Shown here piece by piece: positions 1-10,471 of a stretch of DNA of 64,000 bases. Location of the stretch: positions 18,894 to 82,893 of the forward strand of contig CAVRUC010000012.1 in NCBI GenBank assembly GCA_963724295.1, read 5' to 3'. The translations under genes and the position numbers were made by a program. How positions within the stretch are numbered: position 1 is the first letter of the stretch; each line of letters opens with the position of its first letter. Source of the stretch: an uncultured Chloroflexia bacterium. GTDB lineage: Bacteria > Chloroflexota > Chloroflexia > Thermomicrobiales > UBA6265. The notes beneath the pieces were generated by a model. The model saw only the letters and a program-made list of their open reading frames with translations. It did not search any database and was not told the DNA's origin.

Positions 1-1022
1 CTCGCGCCTCGAACCTGCGCCACCGGCCGGTCGGTCTCGGTCTGATGGGGTTCCAGGACGCCCTCTGGGAGCTTGGCATCGGCTACGCCTCGGAAGCGGC
101 GGTCGCCTTCGCCGACAGCAGCATGGAGGCTCTCTCGTACTACGCCATTCTGGCCTCGACCGAACTGGCCAAAGAGCGCGGCGCCTATCCCTCCTACGCC
201 GGTTCGAAGTGGGACCGCGGTCTGCTTCCTCTTGATACGGTGCCGCTGCTGGCCGAGGAGCGCGGCGAGGCGGTCGACGTCGACCTGGGGTCGACCCTCG
301 ATTGGGAGCCGGTGCGGGCGGCGGTGCGCGCGCACGGGATGCGCAACAGCAACACGATGGCCATCGCCCCCACCGCCACGATCGCCAACATCCAGGGGGT
401 CAGCCAGTCGATCGAGCCGCTCTACACGAACCTCTTCGTCAAGAGCAATCTCTCGGGCGAGTTCACGGTCGTCAACGAGCGGCTGGTGGGCGACCTGGCC
501 GGGCGCGGGCTGTGGGACGCCGAGATGCTCGACGATCTCAAATACGACGACGGCTCGGTGCAGGGCATCGCGCGCATCCCCGACGAGATCAAGGAGCGCT
601 ACCCGACCGCCTTCGAGATCGATGCCACCTGGCTGATCGCCTGCGCCGCTCGCCGCCAGAAATGGATCGACATGGGGCAGTCGCTCAATCTCTACGTCGC
701 CGAGCCGTCCGGCCGCGTCCTCAGCGATCTCTACCGCTCCGCCTGGCGACAGGGTCTGAAGACGACCTACTACCTCCGCTCTCGCGGCGCGACCCAGAAC
801 GAGAAATCGACGCTCGACGTCAACCGCCGCGCCATCCAGCCGCGCTGGATGCGCGCCCGCAGCGCCTCGGCTGACGTTGCCATCGTGCGGGACGCTGAGT
901 CGGAGGTCGGAAGTCGGAAGTCGGACGTAGGGGCGACGCCCGCGTCGCCCGCGTCCTCAACCGCGATGGTGCCCGCAATTGATGAGGACGCCGAAGCGTT
1001 TATCTGCGAGGCGTGTCAGTAG
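1..1022 (+). CDS. nrdA: Class I ribonucleoside-diphosphate reductase alpha subunit, C-terminal part (5' end outside window)
   Basis: [38 protein letters not shown] and C-terminal CEACQ motifs; followed by nrdB. Confidence 0.95.
   Translation, partial: RASNLRHRPVGLGLMGFQDALWELGIGYASEAAVAFADSSMEALSYYAILASTELAKERGAYPSYAGSKWDRGLLPLDTVPLLAEERGEAVDVDLGSTLDWEPVRAAVRAHGMRNSNTMAIAPTATIANIQGVSQSIEPLYTNLFVKSNLSGEFTVVNERLVGDLAGRGLWDAEMLDDLKYDDGSVQGIARIPDEIKERYPTAFEIDATWLIACAARRQKWIDMGQSLNLYVAEPSGRVLSDLYRSAWRQGLKTTYYLRSRGATQNEKSTLDVNRRAIQPRWMRARSASADVAIVRDAESEVGSRKSDVGATPASPASSTAMVPAIDEDAEAFICEACQ
897..950. repeat. GTCGGAA-type tandem heptamers plus GTAG-type REP hairpin inside the nrdA linker
   Basis: gagtcggaggtcggaagtcggaagtcgg followed by GTAG-GGGCGACGC-CC-GCGTCGCCC. 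Confidence 0.6.
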
Positions 1023-1029
1023 GCGCCGA

Positions 1030-1073
1030 CCCTCACCCCTAGCCCCCTCTCCCGTCGGAGACAGGAGAGGGGG
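1030..1073. repeat. REP-like hairpin (ccctcacccc...cccctctcc/ggagagggg family)
   Basis: ccccctctcc...ggagaggggg inverted repeat between nrdA and nrdB. Confidence 0.6.
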
Positions 1074-1090
1074 AACAAGGAGCTAATGCG

Positions 1091-2155
1091 ATGACATCAG
1101 GAAACGGAACTGCTCTTCTCGATCGTGGAGCTGGCACGGGCGCCCGCGGCGACGTCTCGGAAAAGCGTCTCATCAACTGCCACGCGGTCGACGTCAATCA
1201 GCTCATGCCGTTGAAATACGAGTGGGCCTGGGAGCACTACCTCAATGGGTGCGCCAACCACTGGATGCCGACCGAAGTGGCGATGGGCGCCGACATCGCC
1301 CTCTGGAAGAGCGGCAAATTGAGCGCCGACGAGCGCCTGGTGATCATGCGTAACCTCGGCTTCTTCGCCACCGCCGAGAGTCTGGTCGCCAACAACATCA
1401 CCCTGGCCCTCTTTCGCCACGTCACCAACGCCGAGTGCCGCCAGTACCTGCTGCGGCAGGCCTTCGAGGAGGCGATCCACACCCACACCTTCCATTACAT
1501 CGTGGAGAGCCTGGGGCTGGATGAGCGCGAAGTCTTCGGCATGTACCACGAGATCCCGGCCATCGCCGCCAAAGACGAGCTGGAGATGGCGCTCACCGCG
1601 GACGTCCTGAACCCTGATTTCACGACCGCGACCTTCGCCGGGGCGCAGAAGTTCCTGGAGAACCTGGTCGGCTACTACGTGATCATGGAGGGGATCTTCT
1701 TCTACGCGGGGTTCGCCATGATCCTCTCCTTCCACCGGCAGAACCGGATGAAGGGGATCGGCGAGCAGTTCCAGTACATCCTGCGCGATGAGACGGTCCA
1801 CCTCAACTTCGGCATCGACCTCATCAACGGGGTGAAAGCCGAGAACCCCGAGCTGTGGACAGCCGATTTCCAGGAGCAGCTCGTAGAGAACATCCGGCAG
1901 GCGGTGACGCTGGAGATCGCCTACGCCGAGGACTGCTTGCCCAACGGCGTGCTCGGGCTCAACGCCGGTCTCTTCCGGGAGTACGTCCAGTTCATCGCCG
2001 ACCGCCGCCTGGAGCGCATCGGTCTGCCGCGCCAGTACCGCGCGCGCAACCCCTTCCCCTGGATGAGCGAGACCATCGACCTCGGCAAGGAGAAGAATTT
2101 CTTCGAGAGCCGGGTGACGGAGTACCGCAGTGGCGCAAGCCTGAGCTGGGATTAG
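1091..2155 (+). CDS. nrdB: Ribonucleoside-diphosphate reductase beta subunit
   Basis: EEAIHTHT and RDETVH di-metal ligands, [20 protein letters not shown] aaggag upstream. Confidence 0.95.
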   Translation: MTSGNGTALLDRGAGTGARGDVSEKRLINCHAVDVNQLMPLKYEWAWEHYLNGCANHWMPTEVAMGADIALWKSGKLSADERLVIMRNLGFFATAESLVANNITLALFRHVTNAECRQYLLRQAFEEAIHTHTFHYIVESLGLDEREVFGMYHEIPAIAAKDELEMALTADVLNPDFTTATFAGAQKFLENLVGYYVIMEGIFFYAGFAMILSFHRQNRMKGIGEQFQYILRDETVHLNFGIDLINGVKAENPELWTADFQEQLVENIRQAVTLEIAYAEDCLPNGVLGLNAGLFREYVQFIADRRLERIGLPRQYRARNPFPWMSETIDLGKEKNFFESRVTEYRSGASLSWD

Positions 2156-2248
2156 CAACCGCCTTGGCTGTCATCGACGTGCCACAGCGCGCCGGATCAT
2201 ACTCAACAGACAGGTTCTGCCGATCGACCGACTGAGGAGACCAGCATC

Positions 2249-4562
2249 ATGGCCCTGGCTACCATCCCCGGATACCCGCGCATCGGCAAGCGCCGCGAGC
2301 TGAAGCGGGCGCTGGAAGGCTACTGGTCCGGCAAGCGCACGGCCGCCGAGCTGGAGGAGACGGCGTCGGCCATCCGTCGCGCCAACTGGGACGCCCAGAC
2401 CGCTGCCGGCCTCGATCTCGTCCCGGTCAACGACTTCTCCCTCTACGACCAGGTGCTCGATACCTGCGCGCTGGTCGGCGCCATTCCTCCTCGCTTCGGC
2501 TGGACGGGCTTCAAGGGCACGGTCGACCTCGATCTCCTCTTCGCCATGGCGCGCGGCGGCGCGGGCGAAGAGCCGGCGCGGGCCATGGAGCTGACGAAGT
2601 GGTTCGATACGAATTACCACTATCTCGTGCCGGAATTTTCGGCAGGCCAGACCTTCCGCGTCGCCAGCGGCAAACCTTTCGCCGAGCTGGCCGAAGCCCA
2701 GGCCGCCGGCGTCCTGGCCAAGCCGGTGCTGCTCGGACCGATCACCTTCCTTCTATTAGGAAAGATGACCGGCGGCGATGACACCGCTTCTGCCCCTCTC
2801 CCTGCTGGAGGCGCTGCTGCCGGTCTATGCCGAAACCATCCAGCGGCTCGCATCCAGCGGTGCGGAATGGATCCAGCTCGACGAGCCGGCCCTGGTGCTC
2901 GATCTCACCCCGGATCAACTGGCCGCCGTCGAGCGGGCCTATGCGGCTCTGGCCGAAGCGAAGGGCTCCGCCAGACTGCTGCTGCAGACCGCCTACGGCC
3001 ACGTCGGCGAGGCCTATCCGACGCTCGCGGCCCTGCCAGTCGACGCTCTCGGACTCGATTTCGTTCGGGGACCGCGGAACTTTGATTTCATCACCAAACA
3101 TGGCTTCCCGGCCGACAAATGGCTGGTGGCGGGCGTCGTCGACGGGCGCAACGTCTGGACGAACGATCTCGCCGCCTCGCTCGATTTGCTCGGTCGCATC
3201 CAGGAGCATGTTCCCCGCGAGCAATTGATGGTCTCCGCCTCCTGCTCGCTCCAGCACGTGCCGTACGACGTAGGGCTGGAGCACGAACTACCAGCGGAAG
3301 TGCGGCCCTGGCTCGCGTTCGCTGAGCAGAAGCTGGCCGAGATCGTGACCCTCACCCGGGCGGTGAATGAGGGGAAGGATGCGGTCGCCGCCGAGCTCGC
3401 CACCAATCGCGCCGCGGTCGCGTCCGCGGCGACATCACCGCTGCGCCGCAACCCGCAGGTGCGGCGGCGGCTGGCGGAGTTGCCACCCGACGCCGATCGC
3501 CGTCCACTCCCCTATGCCGAGCGCATGGAGCGGCAGCGGCAGCGGTTGAACTTGCCGCCGCTACCGACGACGACGATCGGCTCCTTCCCTCAGACAGGCG
3601 AGATCCGCACCGCTCGCAAGGCCGCCGATGCCGGCACGATGTCGACCGAGGAGTACGAGACGTTCCTCGAGGAGCAGATCGCCGACGTCGTCGCCCGCCA
3701 GGAGGCGGTCGGGCTGGACGTGCTGGTGCACGGCGAGCCGGAGCGCAACGACATGGTCCAGTACTTCGGCGAGCAGCTCGACGGCTTCGCCTTCACCCGT
3801 CACGGCTGGGTGCAGAGCTACGGCTCCCGCTACGTGCGGCCGCCGATCATCTACGGCGACATCGCCCGGCCGCGCCCGATGACGCTGCGCTGGGCAACCT
3901 ACGCCCAGGGACTGACCGCGCGGCCGGTGAAGGGGATGCTCACCGGGCCGGTGACGATCCTCAACTGGTCGTTCGTCCGCGATGACCAGCCGCGGGAGGA
4001 GACCTGCCGCCAGATTGCCCTCGCCATTCGGGACGAGGTCGCCGATCTCGACGCGGCCGGGATCGCCGTCATTCAGATCGACGAGCCGGCGCTGCGCGAG
4101 GGTCTGCCGCTTCGCCACGCCGACCAAGCGGAGTATCTACGCTGGGCGGTGGAATGCTTCCGGTTGGCGGCGGCCGCCGCGCGCCCGGAGACTCAGGTGC
4201 AGACCCACATGTGCTACAGCGAGTTCGGCGAGATCTTTGCCGAGATCGACGCCCTCGACGCCGACGTGTTGCTCATCGAGCACGCCCGCTCCGACCAGGA
4301 GCTGCTGGAGGTCTTCCGCAGCGAGGGCTACGACAAGGGGATCGGGCCCGGCGTCTACGACGTCCACAGCCCGCGCATCCCGGACACGGCTGAGCTGACC
4401 GACCAGCTCCAGACCATCCTCACCGTGCTGCAGCCGGACCGCGTCTGGGTGAACCCCGACTGCGGCCTCAAGACCCGCAAGCCGGAAGAGGTCTGGCCGG
4501 CACTGGAGCACATGGTGGAGGCGGCGCGAGAAGTGCGCGACTCTATTGGTCAGGGAGAGTAG
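2249..4562 (+). CDS. metE: Cobalamin-independent methionine synthase, split by one frameshift near 2780-2800
   Basis: GYPRIG..RELK and KWFDTNYHY in ORF 2249; PTTTIGSFPQT, HGEPERND, THMCY, WVNPDCGLKTR in ORF 2778; the halves are colinear. Confidence 0.93.
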
Positions 4563-4622
4563 CGGCTCTCGCGCAAAGATCGGCGCGTTGCGGGCCAGAG
4601 ACGAAGCGCTCACGGACCCGCC

Positions 4623-4656
4623 GACCATTGACAAATTTTCTTGTCAATGGTCTAAT
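4623..4656 (+). promoter_or_regulatory. Sigma70-type promoter overlapped by a 12-6-12 palindromic operator
   Basis: GACCATTGACAA-ATTTTC-TTGTCAATGGTC; TTGACA (4628) N17 TCTAAT (4651); ATG at 4663 suggests a leaderless mRNA. Confidence 0.75.
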
Positions 4657-4662
4657 GGGGTT

Positions 4663-5277
4663 ATGGATGATGTGGGAATCATCGACGACCCTGCCGCCGC
4701 GATCGTCGCCCTGGAACCGATCAGGAGCCGGCTACTCGCCGAGCTGGCCGAGCCGGCCTCCGCCGCGACGCTCGCCACCCGGGTCGGTCTGGCGCGGCAA
4801 AAAGTCAACTACCACGTGCGAGCGCTCGAGGCGCATCAGCTGGTACGGCAGGCCGGGACGCGCCAGTGGGGAGGGTTGACGGAACGCCTGCTGGTGGCGA
4901 GCGCGTCCTCCTACATCGTCTCGCCCCGGGCACTAGGGCCAGTGGCCGTCGATCCGGATCGGGACGCCGACCGCCTCTCCGCGAGCTACCTCATCGCCCT
5001 GGCCGCCCGCATCGTCGATGAGGTCGGCAATCTCCTGCGCCGGTCACGGGCAGCTGACAAGCATCTCGCGACGATGTCGCTGGACACCGAGATCCGGTTT
5101 CGGTCCGCGGCCGATCGCGCCGCCTTCAGCAACGAGCTCATCCAGGCCGTGACAGGCCTTGTCGCGCGCTACCACGATGAATCAGCCCCGGGCGGCCGCG
5201 CGCACCGCCTGGTACTCATGGCACACCCGCTGCCGCACGATTCGCAACTTGCAACGGAGGAATCACCATGCCAGTGA
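4663..5277 (+). CDS. ArsR-like winged-helix transcriptional regulator
   Basis: PIRSRLLAEL..PASAATLA..GLARQKVNYHVRALE HTH; coupled to an SRPBCC gene. Confidence 0.85.
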   Translation: MDDVGIIDDPAAAIVALEPIRSRLLAELAEPASAATLATRVGLARQKVNYHVRALEAHQLVRQAGTRQWGGLTERLLVASASSYIVSPRALGPVAVDPDRDADRLSASYLIALAARIVDEVGNLLRRSRAADKHLATMSLDTEIRFRSAADRAAFSNELIQAVTGLVARYHDESAPGGRAHRLVLMAHPLPHDSQLATEESPCQ

Positions 5278-6107
5278 AGAAGGATGCCTCGGGACGCCGC
5301 TCCGTCGAGGCTGAAGTCGAGGTGCCCGGCACGCCGGAGGATGTCTGGCAGGCGATTGCCACTGGACCGGGCATCTCATCCTGGTTCGTTCCGGCTACGG
5401 TCGAAGAGCGTGAAGGTGGCTCCATCGTCTGCAATTTTGGACCCGGCATGGAGTCGCTCTCCACCATCACGACCTGGGAGCCGCCTCACCGGTTCGTGGC
5501 TGACAGCCGGGACGACATGGGACCAGATGACCCGACGGTCGCCACGGAGTGGATCGTCGAAGCACGCTCCGGGGGAACCTGTGTCGTCCGTGTCGTCCAC
5601 AGCTGGTTCACCAGCAGTGATGACTGGGACGATCAGTTCGAGGGCCACACCCACGGGTGGATCTCGTTCTTCCGCGTCCTGCGGCTCTATCTCGAACACT
5701 TCCGCGGCCAGCCCGGCTCCCCGTTCCAGTTGATGGGTGTCGCCCCGGAGCCGAAGTCCGAGGCATGGGAGGCGCTGACCAGCCGGCTCGGGCTGCAAGT
5801 GAAAGGCGCCGAGGTGGGCAAGCGGGTGAGCACGTCGCAGGGCGCGCCACCTCTCGCGGGAATCGTGGCATGGGCGGGCCAGCCCGCGTGGCCAGAAGAG
5901 CTGCTCCTGCGACTTGACGAGCCAGCGCCCGGCATCGCCCATCTCGTTCCCCACCCAATGGGTGGCCAGGTCTACCTGACGATCCGCTTCTATCTCTACG
6001 GTGATCAAGCGCCGGCCGCGGTCGCCCGCGCCGAGCCCGCGTGGCAGGCGTGGATGAGCGAGCATTTCCCCATTGCGGTGGGCGCCGAGGAGGTTACAAC
6101 GAGCTGA
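5268..6107 (+). CDS. SRPBCC/AHSA1-like ligand-binding domain protein
   Basis: EVEVPGTPEDVWQAIATGPGISSWF and WEPPHRF motifs; SD ggagg. Confidence 0.85.
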   Translation: MPVKKDASGRRSVEAEVEVPGTPEDVWQAIATGPGISSWFVPATVEEREGGSIVCNFGPGMESLSTITTWEPPHRFVADSRDDMGPDDPTVATEWIVEARSGGTCVVRVVHSWFTSSDDWDDQFEGHTHGWISFFRVLRLYLEHFRGQPGSPFQLMGVAPEPKSEAWEALTSRLGLQVKGAEVGKRVSTSQGAPPLAGIVAWAGQPAWPEELLLRLDEPAPGIAHLVPHPMGGQVYLTIRFYLYGDQAPAAVARAEPAWQAWMSEHFPIAVGAEEVTTS

Positions 6108-6259
6108 CGATACGACCGGGGCCTGGCGGCCTCGGACTCCTTCACGGCAGGTTGACAGAGCTCATGGGTGTCAGCAAGACTGCCGTGCGTCCTGGTGCCA
6201 ATCTGGCCATCAGCGCGCTTGATAACAAGGTCAAACCAGAGCCTGGAGGGAGATTCGGC

Positions 6260-7642
6260 ATGGAAGATCCCCAGTCAGCCGAGATGCAGGACCGGCTCTT
6301 GTCCAGGAGAGCCAAGACCTTGCTTCATCATCCCCAGGGGATGGGCAATTACTTCACGTTCAAGACCGCGATCGATATCCTCGGTCTCGACTGGAACGAC
6401 GTGGCGCCAGGGGGCGTGTACAACGTCACCGGCGCCGGGTATTTCGATATGGGCTACATGGCGAACCATATCGGCCCGCCGGCGTCGGCCCTCCAGGCGT
6501 TCCATGAAGCGTCGACGTCCGAAATGCTCCGCATCTATCCCCCCGACTGCCTGCCGGAGCTGAAGAAGCTGGTCGCGGAAAAGAAATTCGGCCGCTCTTT
6601 GGGACCCGACTTCGAGGTCATGGGTGTCGAAGGCGCCCAGGGCGGCATCGGCTACACCTATCTCACCTTCCTCGACGAAGGCGACGAGGTGATCGTCACT
6701 GATCCCGGCTATTTCCACTTCGTCCCGGCGGCCGAGGCGTGTGGGGCACGGATCGTTCCGATCGAGCTGAATGCGGCGAATGGCTTCAAACTGCAGCCTC
6801 ATCAGGTCGCGGCCGCGATCACCGAGCGCACGAAGATGATCGTCGTCTGCGATCCGATCAACCCGTTCGGCACCGTACAGACCCGCGAAGAGCTCCTGGA
6901 AATTGCCGACATCGCCCGCCGCCGCGACATCGTCATCTTCAACAATGTCACCCACAACACCCATCAGACTGATCCAGCGGCGACGCAGATTCCGATGGCG
7001 TCGCTCCATTCGGCCGCAACGCCGATGGACCACGTCGTGTCGGTCAGCGGTATGTCCAAGGGGTACGGCATGCCGGCCATTCGCGTGGGCTTCATGGCCG
7101 GGCATCCGGCCCTGCTGCGGGGCGCCTTTCTGACCAAGATGGAGATCACCAAGATCCACATCAACTATCCGGGTCAGTACGCGGCGCTGGCGGCGATGCG
7201 GGACACGGCCTATGTGGCGGCCAGCACCGAGACGATCCGCCGCAACTACGCTCATATCGAGGAAACGGTTGCCCGCACGGACGGTGTCGAAATCCCGGTG
7301 AAACCCGCCTACGGCTTCTGCATGATGATCGACGTCTCCGGCGCCGGCGTCACGGCGCAGGAAGTTACGGTTGGGCTGTTGAAGGGAAAAATCGCGGCCA
7401 TCCCCGCCGATGGTCTTGGCGACGTGAAGGCGGCCGATTACCTGCGGCTCAACTACTCCCACCCGGATATCGCCTGCTTCGAGCGATTCCGCGAGGCGCT
7501 GCCAAAGGCTATCGAAGAAGCGCAGGCCGGTCTCTATGCCGATGCCGTCATCGGGTTCTTCGAACGCGCGGGTACGGCACGCGGCAAGGCCATCATCGAC
7601 AAGATCAGATCGCGGCAGCCGATGCTGAGTGCGGCGGACTGA
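6260..7642 (+). CDS. PLP-dependent aminotransferase class I/II-like enzyme
   Basis: DPINPFGT, SGMSKGYGMPAIRVGF (PLP lysine), YLRLNY; SD ggaggg. Confidence 0.85.
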   Translation: MEDPQSAEMQDRLLSRRAKTLLHHPQGMGNYFTFKTAIDILGLDWNDVAPGGVYNVTGAGYFDMGYMANHIGPPASALQAFHEASTSEMLRIYPPDCLPELKKLVAEKKFGRSLGPDFEVMGVEGAQGGIGYTYLTFLDEGDEVIVTDPGYFHFVPAAEACGARIVPIELNAANGFKLQPHQVAAAITERTKMIVVCDPINPFGTVQTREELLEIADIARRRDIVIFNNVTHNTHQTDPAATQIPMASLHSAATPMDHVVSVSGMSKGYGMPAIRVGFMAGHPALLRGAFLTKMEITKIHINYPGQYAALAAMRDTAYVAASTETIRRNYAHIEETVARTDGVEIPVKPAYGFCMMIDVSGAGVTAQEVTVGLLKGKIAAIPADGLGDVKAADYLRLNYSHPDIACFERFREALPKAIEEAQAGLYADAVIGFFERAGTARGKAIIDKIRSRQPMLSAAD

Positions 7643-7669
7643 GGATCAGGGAAGGGAGCACTGTCCGAT

Positions 7670-7936
7670 TCAGTCGGTCCTCGGCAAGCCGTCCTCGTCG
7701 TATAGGAGTTCGCCGTGATCGACGGCCGCCTTAGGGTGCTCCCTGAAATGGGCCTGCAACTCCTGCACGAGCGCGTACACCCTTGCCCGCCGCTGTTCTT
7801 TGGCTTCCGGGGTCTCCAACCGGTGGAGCCGTTCCCGCAGCGCGATCTCGACGGCAGTTTCGGGGCTTTCACCCGTCAGACGCGTGAGATCTTCAATGAG
7901 TTGGACGAGGCGAGGAACAACGGTCTCAACGGTCAT
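7670..7936 (-). CDS. VapB-like (Rv0623/PSK-type) antitoxin, apparently orphan
   Basis: LTGES.ETAV..ALRERL and C-terminal DHGELLYDEDGLP; SD aggaga. Confidence 0.7.
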   Translation of the reverse strand: MTVETVVPRLVQLIEDLTRLTGESPETAVEIALRERLHRLETPEAKEQRRARVYALVQELQAHFREHPKAAVDHGELLYDEDGLPRTD

Positions 7937-8002
7937 CGGGTCTCCTCTGCGAGAGGATTGTGGGGCCATCGAATCATAGGATAGCCCTATCACCTCGACA
8001 CC

Positions 8003-10000
8003 CTACCGATAACTCGCCGCCTGCAGGTCAAACAACTCGGCGTAGCGGCCGCCGAGGGCCATCAGCTCCTCGTGGGTGCCCTGCTCGACCAAGCGGCCGT
8101 TCTCTAAGAACAAAATCCGGTCGGCCATGCGCACCGTCGAGAAGCGGTGGGAGATGTAGAGGGCCATCTTGCCGCGCGTCAGTGACTTGATGCGGGCGAA
8201 GAGATCGTGCTCCGCCTGGGCGTCCAGCGCCGCGGTCGGCTCGTCGAGAATGAGCACCTGGGCGTCGCGCATGAACGCGCGGGCCAGGGCGATCTTCTGC
8301 CACTCGCCACCCGAGAGCTGGTGACCGCCTTCGAACCACTTGCCGAGCGTCGTCTCGTATCCCTCAGGCAGCTTCGCCACCACGTCGTGCGCCCCGGCGC
8401 GCGCGGCCGCCTCGGCGATGGCGGTGACGTCTTCGGCGCGGTCGACGTTGCCGACGCCGATGTTCTCGCCGGCCGAGACTTGATAGGCGGCGTAGTCCTG
8501 GAACATCACTCCGAACTCACGACGAAGCTCGACCGGGTCGTACTCCCGCACGTCGCGGCCATCGATGAGGATTTGCCCTTCATCGGGGTCGTAGAGGCGA
8601 CCCAGCAGCTTCACTACCGTCGACTTGCCGGCGCCGTTGCGCCCGACCAGGGCGACAGTCTGCCCCGGCTCGATGGTGAAGGAGACGTCATCCAGCGCCA
8701 GCGCTTCCCGGTCGGGATAGCGGTAGCTGACGTTGCGGAACTCGATCCCCTGCCGGAATGGGCGACGGACCGGCGCCGGGTGCTCCGGGGCGTGGATGCG
8801 CGGCTCCCGCTCCAGCAGCTCGTAGAGGGTCGAGAGGTAGAGCCCGTTCTCGTAGATACCCTGGATGCCGCCCAGGATCCCCTGGAAGGCGCCCTGCACC
8901 TGGGCCGCCGCCTGGGTGAAGACAGTCAGCGCTCCCAACGTCACCTGCCCACGCACTGCCAGCAGCGCGACATAAAGGAATGTACCGGAGGAGGCCAGGG
9001 TGGTCAGCGAGCCCCAGCCGAAGCCGGCTAGGTAGCGACGCACGAGGAGCTGGCGCGTCTCCTCGTAGTAGCCACTCGCGGTCCTCTCGTAGCGGTCGAT
9101 GAAGTAGTCCTCGGCTGTGAAGAGCTTCACTTCCTTCGCGTACTCGTCGGTCGTCATCAGGGTGGTGAGGTACGACATCACGCGCAGCACTGGCGACTGC
9201 CGCCGCATCTGCTGAAACCCCCACCAGCCGTAGCGGGAGCCGGAGATGAAGGCCGGGATGGGGGCGATCAACGCGGCCGCCGCCACCCAGGGCGACAACC
9301 CCAGGAGCAGCGCCACCATGGTGGCGAAGGTGACGATGGAGCGTCCGAGACCGAACACACCGGAGACCATTTGCACCGGTCGCTGCGCCGATTCACGCTG
9401 GGCTTGCTGCAGCTGGTCGTAGTAGGCGGCGTTCTCGAAGTCGGCCAGGTCCAGCGTGGCGGCGTGGCGCATGATCTGGAGCTGGACGTGGATGGTCATC
9501 CGTTCCTGCAGCAGTTGCTGGCTGATGTTGCCCGCGGTTTGCAGAAAGCTGGATCCCAGAAGCAGGACGAACTGGAGCACGGCGAGGACGACGATGGCGC
9601 GGACATGCTGCTCACTGCCGCCCGCCTGCACCCCGGCGACGACCTCGTCGATGAGACGGCCAGCCAGCCAGACCTGCGCCGCGGGGGTGATGCTCTGCAG
9701 CAACGTCGCGACGGCGAGGGCGAGCGTCAGCTTCCGGCTCGTCGCCCAGACGAGCGCCATGACCCGGACGATGCTCCGCCAGGTCTGGCGCGCGCCTTTG
9801 GCCACGGCACCGAGATCCTCACGCCGGGGGCGTCGCACCGGCAAGCGGCGTGGTTCCGCCGGTGCAGGCTGGCCGGGTTCGGACGAGCCGTGCCCCGGTC
9901 GTCCGGAGCGGCCGCCGGCGCGCAGGGGCACGCTCTCCGTCGGTGGCGAGAAGCGATGACCGTTGCGACCGCCCGATGATCCGTTGCTGGGGTGCTGCAT
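8003..10000 (-). CDS. ABC exporter, fused permease/ATP-binding protein
   Basis: TM helices, GRNGAGKST Walker A, LSGGEWQ signature, ILDEPTAALD. Confidence 0.93.
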   Translation of the reverse strand: MQHPSNGSSGGRNGHRFSPPTESVPLRAGGRSGRPGHGSSEPGQPAPAEPRRLPVRRPRREDLGAVAKGARQTWRSIVRVMALVWATSRKLTLALAVATLLQSITPAAQVWLAGRLIDEVVAGVQAGGSEQHVRAIVVLAVLQFVLLLGSSFLQTAGNISQQLLQERMTIHVQLQIMRHAATLDLADFENAAYYDQLQQAQRESAQRPVQMVSGVFGLGRSIVTFATMVALLLGLSPWVAAAALIAPIPAFISGSRYGWWGFQQMRRQSPVLRVMSYLTTLMTTDEYAKEVKLFTAEDYFIDRYERTASGYYEETRQLLVRRYLAGFGWGSLTTLASSGTFLYVALLAVRGQVTLGALTVFTQAAAQVQGAFQGILGGIQGIYENGLYLSTLYELLEREPRIHAPEHPAPVRRPFRQGIEFRNVSYRYPDREALALDDVSFTIEPGQTVALVGRNGAGKSTVVKLLGRLYDPDEGQILIDGRDVREYDPVELRREFGVMFQDYAAYQVSAGENIGVGNVDRAEDVTAIAEAAARAGAHDVVAKLPEGYETTLGKWFEGGHQLSGGEWQKIALARAFMRDAQVLILDEPTAALDAQAEHDLFARIKSLTRGKMALYISHRFSTVRMADRILFLENGRLVEQGTHEELMALGGRYAELFDLQAASYR

Positions 10001-10125
10001 GCGCTCCTGGGAGAAACCTCGCTGTGAGGCGGCCGGTGGTGCGTCAACGCCGCCGGGGACAAATGCTTCCCTATGGATACCGTGTCAGACGCGACGCGAC
10101 AACTGATCGTTCGGGCAGGACGAGG

Positions 10126-10250
10126 GGGTGACAGGGTCGACAGGGTGTCAGGGTGTCAGGGTGACAGAGAGAACGATGACCCCGCCACCCTGCCACCACG
10201 AGCGAAGCGAGTAATCACCCTGTCACCGCGACCGCAGGGAGCCATCACCC
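10126..10250. repeat. Octamer tandem repeats (gggtgaca / caccctgc) with a gagcgaagcgagtaa unit
   Basis: ggtgacagggtcgacagggtgtcagggtgtcagggtgacag, then the complementary caccctg units; related copy at ~60196-60325 in opposite orientation. Confidence 0.65.
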
Positions 10251-10471
10251 TCGTCAATTCCCAGCAAATTTTCAGCAAACGCCAAGCTTTGCTGGCGGGA
10301 TGGCGGGTACGGTTAGCATGTCCCGGCGACGACGCGGTGGCGATGTCGCCGGGCATTGTTATTCAGGTGGTAGCCGGAGTACGGATGGCCGTAGCCGGTG
10401 CAAGGCACACCCAGGGTTTGTGGCGATTCATCCCCGGCACGATCCGGGGCCCAGACAAGGAGTCTCACCGT

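Noticed and set aside
2156..2248. Possible SAM or cobalamin riboswitch before metE
   Set aside because: Only ~90 bp, with no recognisable B12 box or SAM-I core motifs
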